Source of the DNA: a virus
Taxonomy: Duplodnaviria; Caudoviricetes
Strand: one strand, 5' to 3'
IMG/VR virus record: IMGVR_UViG_3300020436_000044
Coordinates: 1-32,108 of that record
Length of the DNA stretch: 32,108 nt
The position numbers and the translations under genes are program-made. This document shows positions 1 through 11,900 of the stretch, one piece after another. A model generated the notes under the pieces. That model was not told the DNA's origin. It made no database searches and worked only from the letters and a program-made list of their open reading frames with translations. Positions within the stretch are counted from its first letter, which is position 1. Every line of letters begins with the position of its first letter.

Positions 1-2
1 CC

Positions 3-206
3 AGATGGTATTATCTATTCTGGGGTACAGCAACTGTCTCTGTATTTGCAGGACAATTATATGTTGGTAATGGATTTCGTAGAATGGCGGAAACTGGTGA
101 TGCAATATCTGCTGATATTAATTTACTTGTAGAAGTTCTTACTATGCCTAAACCTAAAACGATGCCTGTTCCAAACAAAGATTACGAAATGCCCATTATA
201 AGATGA
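3..206 (+). CDS. Partial (5'-truncated) small hypothetical protein with a hydrophobic segment
   Basis: Open frame from the window edge to TGA at 204-206: RWYYLFWGTATVSVFAGQLYVGNGFRRMAETG...MPIIR. Not in the ORF track. From recollection, resembles small picocyanobacterial/cyanophage hypothetical proteins. Confidence 0.7.
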   Translation, partial: RWYYLFWGTATVSVFAGQLYVGNGFRRMAETGDAISADINLLVEVLTMPKPKTMPVPNKDYEMPIIR

Positions 207-216
207 AACTACAATT

Positions 217-516
217 ATGTACCAAGCATTACCAAACAGATTACATATTAAAGATAGTGACGTAGCTGGTCAAGGCATTTTTGCTCTTGAAGAAATACCA
301 GCTGGTCTTGTTTTGGGAATGTCACATATAGTTGTAGATGAAGTAATTTACCGAACACCATTAGGAGGATTCATTAATCATAGCGATGAACCTAATTGTG
401 AAAAATGGAAAGAAGATGATAAATATTTTGTAAAAACAATTCGTCATATTAGTAAAGGCGAAGAATTATTTTTGAAATATACCTTTTATAGTATAAAGAG
501 ATTTGATAAATTCTAA
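217..516 (+). CDS. Minimal SET-domain protein (putative protein-lysine methyltransferase)
   Basis: SET motifs GQGIFA, FINHSDEPNC and IxKGEELFLKY in 99 aa; no pre-SET or post-SET Cys clusters. Confidence 0.9.
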   Translation: MYQALPNRLHIKDSDVAGQGIFALEEIPAGLVLGMSHIVVDEVIYRTPLGGFINHSDEPNCEKWKEDDKYFVKTIRHISKGEELFLKYTFYSIKRFDKF

Positions 517-566
517 AAAGTTGGAAAAACTCGCATATATAGCTTAACGAATTATGTTTTTTAACC

Positions 567-1016
567 TTGTCGTTTAGCGTAACCAGATCTACTGCACCAA
601 CTAAGATAGTTGATAATTACTTGGGGAAGACCTCTAGGTCATTTAAAGATATTAGCTTTAATATGACTAAGAATCCTATCACCAAGGATATTGTTGTACT
701 TAAAAATGAGGAAGCAATTAAGCAGTCGGTTAAGAATTTAGTTTTAACGCAAATCGGTGAAAGACATTTTAGTCCACTTCTAGGAACCAACACAACATCC
801 TATCTGTTTGAATTATCTACTGGATTATCTGAAAATGCTCTAATTGAAGAAATAGAAGATGTATTGCAAACTTTTGAACCAAGAATTGCTCTATCATCTG
901 TAACTGTGAACGCAAATGAAGATTATAACAGATTTGAATGCTTTATTGAATATTTTATCATTGGTATTCCTGAGGCATTACAAACAGTCGATTTCATTTT
1001 AGTCAGAGAAAGTTAA
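567..1016 (+). CDS. gp25: Baseplate wedge subunit, gp25/GPW family
   Basis: FKDISF, NEEAIKQSVKNLVLTQIGERHF, LFE and FEPRI motifs; directly upstream of gp6. The TTG start is uncertain. Confidence 0.9.
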   Translation: MSFSVTRSTAPTKIVDNYLGKTSRSFKDISFNMTKNPITKDIVVLKNEEAIKQSVKNLVLTQIGERHFSPLLGTNTTSYLFELSTGLSENALIEEIEDVLQTFEPRIALSSVTVNANEDYNRFECFIEYFIIGIPEALQTVDFILVRES

Positions 1017-2993
1017 ATGGAGTTACCATCAGTAGCATCCTTAGAGTTTGAACAACTTAAGGCGTCTATAAAAAATTATATAAAAACTAAATCAGACTTT
1101 ACTGATTTTGACTTTGAAGGGTCAAACCTTTCAATGTTGGTAGATATTCTTGCTTATAATACTTTATATACCAGTTATAACATTAATATGGCATCTAACG
1201 AGTTAAATCTCGATACTGCCGTTTTAAGAGATAATATAGTTTCACATGCTAAAAAATTAGGATATAATCCTATATCTTATCAATCTTCAAAGGTTGTAGT
1301 TGATCTTACTTGCTCTAATGTAGGAACATTTAAAAGATTAGGTCTTACATCTGGTGCAACCTTACAAACCAGTATGAGTGGAAAGAACTATACTTATGTG
1401 TCCAAAGATCCAATTAACCTTACAATTGTTCCAGGCGCATCTCAGGCGGTCTTTAGAGATGTCGAATTAGTAGAAGGTACAGTATTCGATATAAACTATA
1501 CTGTCAACACCTCAAACGAACATCAAAGATTTTTCATACCTAATAATTTTGTTGATTCTACTACTGTAAAAGTATTTGTAAAAGATGATGCTAGTGCAAC
1601 TACAGAAACAGAATATACAAGAAAAAATACAATTGTAGGTGTAAAACCATCTGATACAGTTTTCTTTGTAGAAGAAGTTCAAGACCAAAAATATGAAGTA
1701 ATATTTGGTGATGATGTAATTGGTAGAAAATTACAAAATGGTGAAGTAGTAAAAATTAGATATATTGTAACAGCTGGTTCTGAACTTAATAACGTTAAAG
1801 AAAGTTCTTTACAGTTTATTGGAACTATTGAATATGTTGATGCTAGTGATGTTACTGGAAAACTTCCTTTAAGTGATGTTTCATTCACTCTAAATGATCA
1901 AAATTCAAGTGGTGGTTCATCATTTGAAAGTATTTCCTCTATAAAGTATAGAGCTCCAAGATATTATGCTGCACAAGAAAGGGCAGTTACAATCAGTGAC
2001 TATGAATCTTTAATAATGCAACTTTATGGAAATGCTGAGTTAGTAAAAGTTGTTGGTGGTGAATCACTATATCCACCTCAATTTGGAAAAGTGTTTATTA
2101 CAATAAAACCAAAAGTAGGTGATGTGGTTAGTAGCACTGAAAAGTTAAACATAGTAAAGGATCTCAAGGATTATATTGTTGGATCTATTACACCAGTAAT
2201 TGTAGATCCCAAGAAAATTAAAATTACCGTCAAACCAGTTATTGTTTATAACAAAGATAAAACAAGAAGAAGTGCTGCTTCATTAGCTAAATTAATTCGT
2301 GATTTACTTATAGATTATGAAAATTCTGATGCATTTAAGAATTTTACTGGAAGATTTAGTAAATCTGAGTTACTTGCTGCAATTCAAAATCTAGATGCTT
2401 CTATTTTATATACAAACGTAAAAACTAAAGTTTGTGCAGAGATTGATCTTCAATCATCTACAACTCCTATTGATTATAGTGGATCATTCTTCACTAAAAT
2501 GAAGAGTAAACTTGATGGAAAATATGCTATTGTTTCTGGTTACTTCTGTTATCCAGGCTATGCAGATCCAGTATTTATTGGAGTTCCTTCACAATTAGAA
2601 GGTTGTGTTTTAGATAATAACATTTATATATTTGATAAAAATGGAAATATAATTGATTCAATAGGTACAATTGACTTTGATACTGGTGATTTTTCATTCT
2701 CTATTCCAGCATGTAGTGATAATCCTATAGATTTATGTGGATTACAAGATGGAACTGATTTAGAGACAGATTCAGAAACCTATCCTGATATTATTATTGA
2801 TGACCCTGCAATTCTTGATGATGATGATGACGATTCTGAACTTGATGATGATACTACTATTGGTGAACCAGTTATCGGAGATGTCACTGGTGATCCTGAT
2901 ATAACTAGTGTAACAACTGTAGTTGATGATCCTAATAATGTTATTACAATTGATGACTTTACTCCAGAAACAGATCCAAGTAAGTGTAACTAA
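1017..2993 (+). CDS. gp6: Baseplate wedge subunit gp6, with an acidic C-terminal extension
   Basis: FTDFDFEGSNLSMLVDILAYNTLY, LDTAVLRDNIVSHAKKLGY, YEVIFGDDVIG and ESISSIKYRAPRYYAAQERAVTISDY are T4 gp6/baseplate-J signatures. Confidence 0.95.
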   Translation: MELPSVASLEFEQLKASIKNYIKTKSDFTDFDFEGSNLSMLVDILAYNTLYTSYNINMASNELNLDTAVLRDNIVSHAKKLGYNPISYQSSKVVVDLTCSNVGTFKRLGLTSGATLQTSMSGKNYTYVSKDPINLTIVPGASQAVFRDVELVEGTVFDINYTVNTSNEHQRFFIPNNFVDSTTVKVFVKDDASATTETEYTRKNTIVGVKPSDTVFFVEEVQDQKYEVIFGDDVIGRKLQNGEVVKIRYIVTAGSELNNVKESSLQFIGTIEYVDASDVTGKLPLSDVSFTLNDQNSSGGSSFESISSIKYRAPRYYAAQERAVTISDYESLIMQLYGNAELVKVVGGESLYPPQFGKVFITIKPKVGDVVSSTEKLNIVKDLKDYIVGSITPVIVDPKKIKITVKPVIVYNKDKTRRSAASLAKLIRDLLIDYENSDAFKNFTGRFSKSELLAAIQNLDASILYTNVKTKVCAEIDLQSSTTPIDYSGSFFTKMKSKLDGKYAIVSGYFCYPGYADPVFIGVPSQLEGCVLDNNIYIFDKNGNIIDSIGTIDFDTGDFSFSIPACSDNPIDLCGLQDGTDLETDSETYPDIIIDDPAILDDDDDDSELDDDTTIGEPVIGDVTGDPDITSVTTVVDDPNNVITIDDFTPETDPSKCN

Positions 2994-5900
2994 TGAAATT
3001 TCTAAGCGATCACTCAGTAGACCTTTCACATTTAATTGAAAATCAATTTCCTCAATTTGTAAGGGAAGATAATTCTACGTTCATTAAGTTTATAAAAGCA
3101 TACTATGAGTCACAAGAATTAAAAAATTCACCTCTAGATATTGCACAAAATTTAATAGAATATTACAATATTGGTTTTTATAAAAAAGCAGAGTTAATAG
3201 AAAATACTCAATTAAATGGTAATATTGCTAGTGGTGCTACTACAATTAATGTAGATAGTACTGTTGGATTTCCAGACAAGGGATATATTCAAATTGATGA
3301 TGAAATAGTCTATTATGGATCTAAGACTACAACATCATTTACAGACTGTATACGAGGTACTTCTGCACTTATATTAACCAATATACCATTATCTCAAATT
3401 AGTCTTAAAACATCATTAGTTGAGGATCATCTTGATAATGCTGTAGTTACAAATATTGCATACGAATTTACATCAGAATTTTTTAGAAGAATTAGATCAG
3501 AAATTGCCGTTACAATACCAGAAAATCTTGTATCCGAATTAGATTTAGCATCTTTCTTTTCTAGAATTAGAAGTTTTTATGGGTCAAAAGGAAGTTTAAA
3601 TTCTCATGCAATTCTTTTTAGAATATTATTTAATGATAAGAAAATAAAATTTAGAACTAAAACAAGAGGTAGTGGAGCAACTTTAAAAATACCTAACTTT
3701 GATGGTGCTATAACTGGTCTTGAGATAACTGCTGGTGGGTCTGGATACGATTCCAGAACAGATGGTAGTGGTTTGATCAATCCTCCTATAATAGAGGTGT
3801 TTGGAAGTGGTACAGGTATCGATGTTGCAAATCCTACCGCTCTACTAACAGTTACTAGTATTACTAGTGGATCAATTGATGGGGTAATTATTGTTGACAA
3901 AGGAGAAAATTATGTTGGCCCTATTACTGCTTTTGTAAGAGAAAGAGATTTTGCTGAAGAAGAATTAGTTAGTTCTGTTGCTGGAAATGGTAGTGGTATA
4001 GTTGAGAGTTGGGATTTTAATACAGGAGAACTTACATTAACCAATATTGTAGGATTTTTTGTTAATGCTGATGAGTTACAATCTGGTAGTGGTGAAAGAG
4101 CAAGAGCATTTGTGGATAATTTTGAAATTATCTCTCAAGATCCAGAAATAGAATTTCCAAAAGATTATCTATTCAGACCATCAACATCAAACTATGGTGG
4201 TAAAAAATTAGCTAGATTAGAAGTTATTAAAAAGTTATCAAATATATCTGATCCTTCATTAGATGTTATTTCTAACAATAAAACTGTCTCTCCATCATAT
4301 ATTACATTTGTACAGGAACAAGATAGTATATTTGGAGTATCTAATGTAACTATTGAAAGTAGTCAAGTTATAAAAATTGATGCTGTTGATAAACCAACAT
4401 ATGAAGCAGATATTGAAATTAATGATGATTTTAATAAGATATATCTTCCAGCTTCTACTCAATTAGTTAAACCATTTAATGTTGCTAGTGATACTACAAT
4501 AACTGTTGATGATGCATCAGGATTTCCTACTACAAAAGGTCAAGTTTACATTGATGATGTAATTATTGATTATGATGAAAGAACTGTTAATCAATTCTTA
4601 GGTTGCACTATTGTAGGTGCTGGTGTAGGTACTAAACCAGTTTCTACTGAAGTAGTTGCTTATGGAAGATATAGAACTAGAAAACAATATGCAAGAGGTG
4701 AGTTTGTAGGAATAGGTCAAGAAAGATATTATGGAGAAAATTTATATAGATCCATAAATGAAGGAACTTCATCTAGCACTGCTGATCCAACTCATATTTT
4801 AGGAAGGGTTAAAGTTGGTGATATTGAATGGGAATATATTGGAAGTTCTAAAGTATCTTATTTCGTTGATGTTTTTGTTGGATTTCCAGAAATTACTTGT
4901 ACTGGTAATGAAGGTGAATTAACAATAAGAGTTGATAAGGTAAGAGATATAGCAGTTGGTCAATCAGTTGTTGGTTCGGGTATTGGAATTGGTGCAAAAA
5001 TTCGTTCTATATCAGGTAAAGAGTTAACATTGTCAATACCAAACACATCTAAGGTTACTGGTGGATGTATATTCTCTGTTGCACAAGCAAGATTAATGGG
5101 ATTAGTTGGTGATCTAACTATTGAAAAAACTGGTGCTTTATTCAGTCCACAAAAATACTTTTTTGATGATAAAACTTATGAAGATTTTACTGGAACAGAA
5201 TATACATCATGGAATATCAATAGTGACCATACATTAGATACTGATAATGATTTTGTTGGTATTTCACAAATTTATAATTACAAATCACCAAAAGATGAAC
5301 ATGTTTATGTTTCATCTTCTGCAATTCCAAGTTATATTTTTAGTGGATCTGTAAATGCTAAAAATAGAGTTCTTTCAAATATATTTGATGGATATACAAA
5401 TGCATTTACTTTAACTGGTCTTACCAATCCTATTGAAAAAGATTTATTTATTTTTAGAAATGCAGTATTACAAGATCCAACAACAGATTTTGATGTTGTA
5501 AATGATGTTCTTACTTTTATAGAAACTCCAAAACAAGGTGAGCCTGTATATGTAAGATATTTTACTGATACTAATAAAGTTACAAAACTAACATATACAC
5601 AAACCACTCAAGGTGCTTCAAATTCTACACTTACATTGAATGGTTTAGGATCTTTCAATACATCTAATGATTATCTCTTTGTATCTGTAAATGGTGTATT
5701 ACAAGTTGGAAATTCTATTAGTTATAATAATACTACTAAAGTAGCTACTTTTACAGATAATGTAAACACTCTTACTACTAAATTAACACCAACCACTGTT
5801 TCATATAATCCTGCTAATGGTAATTTAACTCTTACTATTCTTAATAGTAATTTGACTGTAGGAGATAAAATTAAAATTGCAGATGGTGGAATTACATTTA

Positions 5901-8900
5901 CCTGTGCAAAAGACAATAATGCAACTACTCATGCATATCCAAGATCTACCGACCCTGTAAGCGATCAATGGTTAGAAATTGAAAGTATTAGTGGTAATGA
6001 TCATTTAGTTAATGTGGGTGTTTCTAGTGATACATCAACACATACATTTGTTTCTGCTGTAACTGATTCTATTACTAGAAGACCAGATAAAGTTGTAGCA
6101 TATTGGATAAAAAATGCAACTGTCTTAGATAGTATTACATCTACATCTTCAAAAACTTATACATTACAAAATTCAAGTTCTAATTATACTGCTGCAACTA
6201 CTGATACTGTAATTGTTGCTATAAATGGTGTAATACAAAAACCAACAACTTCATATACAATATCTGGATCTACTTTAACATTTGGTGAAGTAAATTCTGG
6301 TGCTGCAATTACTGTTATCGATTTAGAAGATGGTAGTGGTGGAGCAGATATTATAAATGTTGATTTAGGTGGTCTTGCTGGTATTAATCAAGATAAAGAT
6401 AATTATAAAATACAAAAATTAGTTAAAAGAATACCTTTCCCTGCAAGTCTTATTAATAATAATGTTTTAAGAACTTCTAAAGCACTTTCACCAACAAAAA
6501 CATTAAAAGGTATTGGTATTACTATTGATGGTATACAATTCAATAGTATACAAGGTAATAAGGTAAGATATGGTGCTGTAAAATCAGTTACTATCGGTTC
6601 TGGTGGTAATTATGAAGTTCCCTTAGATAAAACTACTTCTGGTTCTGGTAAATTTTTAAAATCTTCATATCCTAAAGTTACTTTAACTAAAAATGGTGGA
6701 GAGACATCGGATATTATAATAACTGAAGATATATTTAATATGTCAGCAGGAATTAAAAAAGTTGATATTAATAAGTTTTTAGATCTTACTCCTTTAAGTG
6801 GATTTACAATAAAACCAAATGTTGAGGTAATTAACAACAATACAACAAATCCATCAGGATTTAGAAAAGCTGTAATAGATGTTGGTTACAAAAATGGTAC
6901 TATAGATGGATTTATTGTAGTTGATTCTGGAGCTGGTTACACAGAGGCACCAACAATCAAAATAACTGGTGGTGGTAAACTTCCATCAGAAGATTTTTCA
7001 ATTCCATTTTTTAATACATCTACAAAAGATTTGATTGTAACTATGGAAGGTTCAGTAATATCTTCTAAGAGTGCTTCTCCTACAATCACATTAGCAACTC
7101 CTGTTGGTAGTAAATTTAATGCTAATCCTATAACAACTGTTGATAGTGGTTCTAATGGGGTAGTAAAAGTGTTTGTTGCAAATGGTAAAATTGTAGCAAC
7201 TCAAGTTATTGATAAAGGTCAAAATTATTTTACCGAACCAAGTATTAAAATTGTTGGAGTTGGTGTAAATGGTGTACTTAGAGCAAGATTAGACGGTAGT
7301 GGTGGAATTAATACAGTAGATATAATAAATGCTGGTAGTGGATATACAGTTCCACCTGTAATTACTGTTATAAATGATGATACTTTAGCAGTAGCAAGTT
7401 CATTGTTAAACGAATGGACATTTAATATACCAAATAGATTTAATACAAAAATAGATGAATTTGGTGGTTATTCTTTTGATTCAAGTGAGGGTGTTAATTT
7501 AAAAGTTGCTTCATTTACAACTAGTACATTAGTATTGTCAGAAGCACCTACAGGTGTAGTTGTTGGAATGGAAGTTACACATCCAGAAATACCAATTGGA
7601 ACTTTTGTTACTAAAATAGATACATCTAATAAAATAATATATCTTTCTAAATATGGTCTAGATCAAGTTACAAATATAGCATTAAATGGTTCTCTTGTAA
7701 GTTTCTTCCAAGGTGATGATAGGTTTAAAGGAACACTTAAAGCACAAGAAGTTGTTTCTACAAATTTCCCTGAGTCTAGATTAAATTTTCAGTATTTACA
7801 ATTAAGAAATACTACTAAGTTTGAAACTTTTTATAGTATTAGTAGTTCAGCACATTCTAAATTAGTTGGATTTTCTTATGATGGTCATCCAATATATTGT
7901 AAGTATGGATATTCAACTCCTTTAGATAATACTTCTTCAATTGAAGAACAAACTTCATCATGGAGATTAAAAGGAAATAGATTAAATGGGCCATTGGTTG
8001 AAGACTATCCATTAGGTTCATTTATAGAAGATTACGAATATGATAAAACATTTGGAACTTTAGATGAGTTTAATGGTAGATTCTGTGTAACTCCAGAATA
8101 TCCAGATGGTGCATATTGTTATTTTATGGTGGATACATTCCCATTTGTAATTGGCCCACAATATTTCTCGGATCCAGATTGTTATAATACTGGACAGAAT
8201 AGAACAAATGATCAAATTCCAAAACACTTTATTAGAGTTAATGATACTGCAAATACATACTTCCCACAAGAAGAAAAAAATATAAACAGATCTATTTTGT
8301 TTACTGATTATTCTTCTGTAGGTACAATTGATGGTATCTTTATAGAATCTGCTGGTGATAATTATAAAGTTGGTGACAGTGTAGTATTTGATGAAGAAGA
8401 TACTGGTGGTAGTGGAGCAATTGCTTATGTTAATTCTGTAGATTCACCACCTATTTCAAATATTCAAATTGGAGCAGATGGTATTGTTGAATTTACATTT
8501 ACTGGTAATCATCAAATTTCTAAAAATGATGTTATAGATGTAACTTATACAAAACAAACAACAAATACTATAATTAACTTAGATACACTTTCTACAGTAC
8601 CTACTGTATTAAGTGGTAAAAATTTATATAGCGTAGTTTTAGAATCTCATAAAATATATCGATTTAAATTTGGTGCATCTAGACCATACAATTTATCTTT
8701 TGATATTTTAAACTTTAATCCATATTTCCAAAGAGATATTGATTTAGAACCAACTTATTTTGATATAGATCCTACAAAAATTCCAAGTGTTATTTTTGTA
8801 CATACATCTCAAGCAATATTTGAACTTAGAGTAGAAACAGCACCTATTATTGGTAGACATATTGTAAATGAAGTATTATCTCCAAATACATTCACTGTTA

Positions 8901-11900
8901 AAGATACATCTGTTACAGAAGCTGATACTACAGTAATAGATATTGCTATAAGATCAAAAGGTGCATCAGGTCCTATAAAAACATTAAATTTGGTTGACGG
9001 AGGTAGTGGATATAGAGTATTGCCTGGTGTAAAATCTATTACTTCTACATCTGGAAAAGGAGGTCTTTTACAAGCAACATCAACAACTATTGGTAGTATC
9101 AATTCTATTAAATTTATTACTTACGGTGATAAATTTTATGGATCTAAGACTGTAAGAAATTATGTAGATCTTCCTGTTACAGTAAAAGTAAAATCTAATT
9201 TTGAGATTGACACTGTTTCTGTTCTTACATCAGGACAGAATTATTTCTTAAATCCTTTTGTTAGAGTAAATGGTTTAAATGATGCTGCAAATTTACAACC
9301 AACATTTAGTAATGGTGAAGTTGTAGGTATGGAAGTACTTGATGGAGGTAGTGGATTTAGTACAGAACCAACTATACAAGTATTCAGTCAAAATGGTGGT
9401 TTTGGAGCTACATTTTCATCTACACTAAAAAGAAAATCATTGACTGTAGGTGATACTCTTTCTGTTCAAAATAAGAGTACAAGTGCTAAAATTCTTGCTG
9501 TAGATACCAGATCATCTACAATAGAGTTATTAGTTACAACAGGAAAATTTTTAAAAGATGATGTATTACTTTCTTCCGATGGTAAAACTTATGGTACAGT
9601 TGTAGAAGTTAATACTGCAAAAGCTTATGCTAAATCAAATTCATTTGGACAAATTAAAGAAAAATTTGTTGGAAGTGCTGGATTTATAAGTGATAGTTTC
9701 CAAAAACTTGGAGATAATCTTTACTATCAAGATTGGTCTTATAGTTTATCCAATGATAGAAATATTATTGAATGGAAAAAGAATGTTAATGATAATACTC
9801 ATCCAGCTGGATTTAAGTTTTTTGGTAAGAATAGATTACATAGTAGAAAATCTATATTAGGTAGATCACAAGATATTGTACGAAGTGCTGTTACTTTTAA
9901 ATCTAGTATTAGTAGTTTACTTAATGCAGATATACAAGTTCCATTTGAAGGAAAATGTACAAAATCTTATATCTATTTTCATAATTTACCATCCCCAAAT
10001 CCATATAAAGTAAATGACATAGTTTTTGGTGATATAACTGGTAATTTAGGATTAGTTATAGAAGTTGGTGTTGGATATATTGTTGTCGAATATCAAAATG
10101 GTGAAATACAAATTGGTGAAAATGTAATTAATTATCTTAGAAATGTAACTATTTCAAGTGTTTCTGAAACTTCAAAAGCTTTAATTGCAGTCAATGGTAT
10201 TTTACAATCACCAAGCATTGCTTATCATGTTTCTTCAAATCAATTATTACCTAAGTTTCCAATATTTCCAAACGATGAAATTGTAGGACATTATTTAGAA
10301 ACACCATTTGAAATTATAGAAGGATCTGGTGTTAATGATGTAAATTCAATAAATTTATCTCAAGGTGGTGTAGATTATACTGTTTCTAATCGTGATCATT
10401 TATTAGTTTCTATGAATGGTGTAATTCAGAGAAATACAAATCTAACACTTATTAATGGTGGTAAAACTATTAAGTTTGCTGGTTCAAATCTTGATGGATT
10501 AACAAAAGTAGAATTTGTATTAGAACATCCTCAATTACAACCATTAACATTTACTGGAAGTGCTGGAACTGCATTTACTCTTAATGTAACTCCTTCATCT
10601 AATTGTAAATTATTAGTATTTTTTGAAGGTGTTGATCAATCTCATTTATTAACAGATTACACTGTTAGTGGAAATACAATTACTTTCCCATCTTCTGTAA
10701 ATCCAACTGAAATATTTGGATGGCATATTAATGAAACAGTTACTTGTCAAAAAGTTCCTTTACCAAATTTATATTCAAATAAAGCTGCTGGACTTGATAA
10801 AGTATGTAATCAAGCAAATAATATAACATTAGAAATTAATTCAGATAATGTAAAACGTGCAAATGATTTTTATGAAATACAAAAAGAACAACTAGATGGA
10901 ACTATGTTCTTATCTGGTAGTCAAGTTTATGGTTTTGGTACTAAATTTAAAACTTCTAATCCAGAAAATTCTACAAGTCATGTAGAAGTTATTAATGATA
11001 TTTCAAACAAAGCAAATAATGTTACATCTACATTTGATCTTAAGATTAATAAGGATCAAGCTTACACACCTGTAGATGGAGTTAACTCATTACAAGTTAC
11101 AGTCAATGGAACTATATTAGGAAAAAATAATAGAACTGTAACTCCTACAACTGCATCTTATGTTGCATCAACAGGTGTAATGACTTTAACAGTTCCCAAT
11201 CATCAATTTGCTACTGGTGATTTTGTTAAGATTGCTGACAATGCAATTACATTTACTTGTACAATGGATAGTAATGCTACTAACCATTCATATCCAAGAT
11301 CCACAGATCCTTTCAGTGGTGAATGGATTGCAGTTACAAAGATTGATGCTAATAATTTTAGTGTTAATGTTGGTAAATCACCTACAAAGAAATTCACTGC
11401 AACTGCAGCAAGTTATGCTACAGGATCAGGACAACTTACATTAACAATTGGTGGTCATGCACTAAAAGCTGGAACTAAAGTTAAGGTTGCAACTGACTCA
11501 CTTAAATTTAATGTTAGTGGAAGTATAATTACATATCCTAGTGCATCTGGTGGTACTACATATGCATCAATTTTATCTGTAACTGGAACTCAAATTGTTC
11601 TTGATTTTGGTGTACCTAATAATACTGCTACACATGTATTCTTATCTGGTTCATCAGATTTAGTAAAAAATAATATAACCACTGGTGGTGATTATACACA
11701 TACATTTGTTTCTGCAACTGTGGGTGGTATTAAGAGTGCTACTGGATATACAGTTAGTGGTACTCAAATTACATTTATTAAACCTCCATTATTAAATGAT
11801 AAAATTTCTATTAAAGATTTTGTATCCACTTATAAAGCAAATAGTGGTACTAAAAAAGGTGCCGAACTAGACGAGTTTAATTCTGCAAATGGTGTTAGAA

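Noticed and set aside
534-541. CATATATA as a late promoter for gp25
   Set aside because: Two mismatches to TATAAATA in AT-rich DNA; plausible but not supportable from sequence alone.
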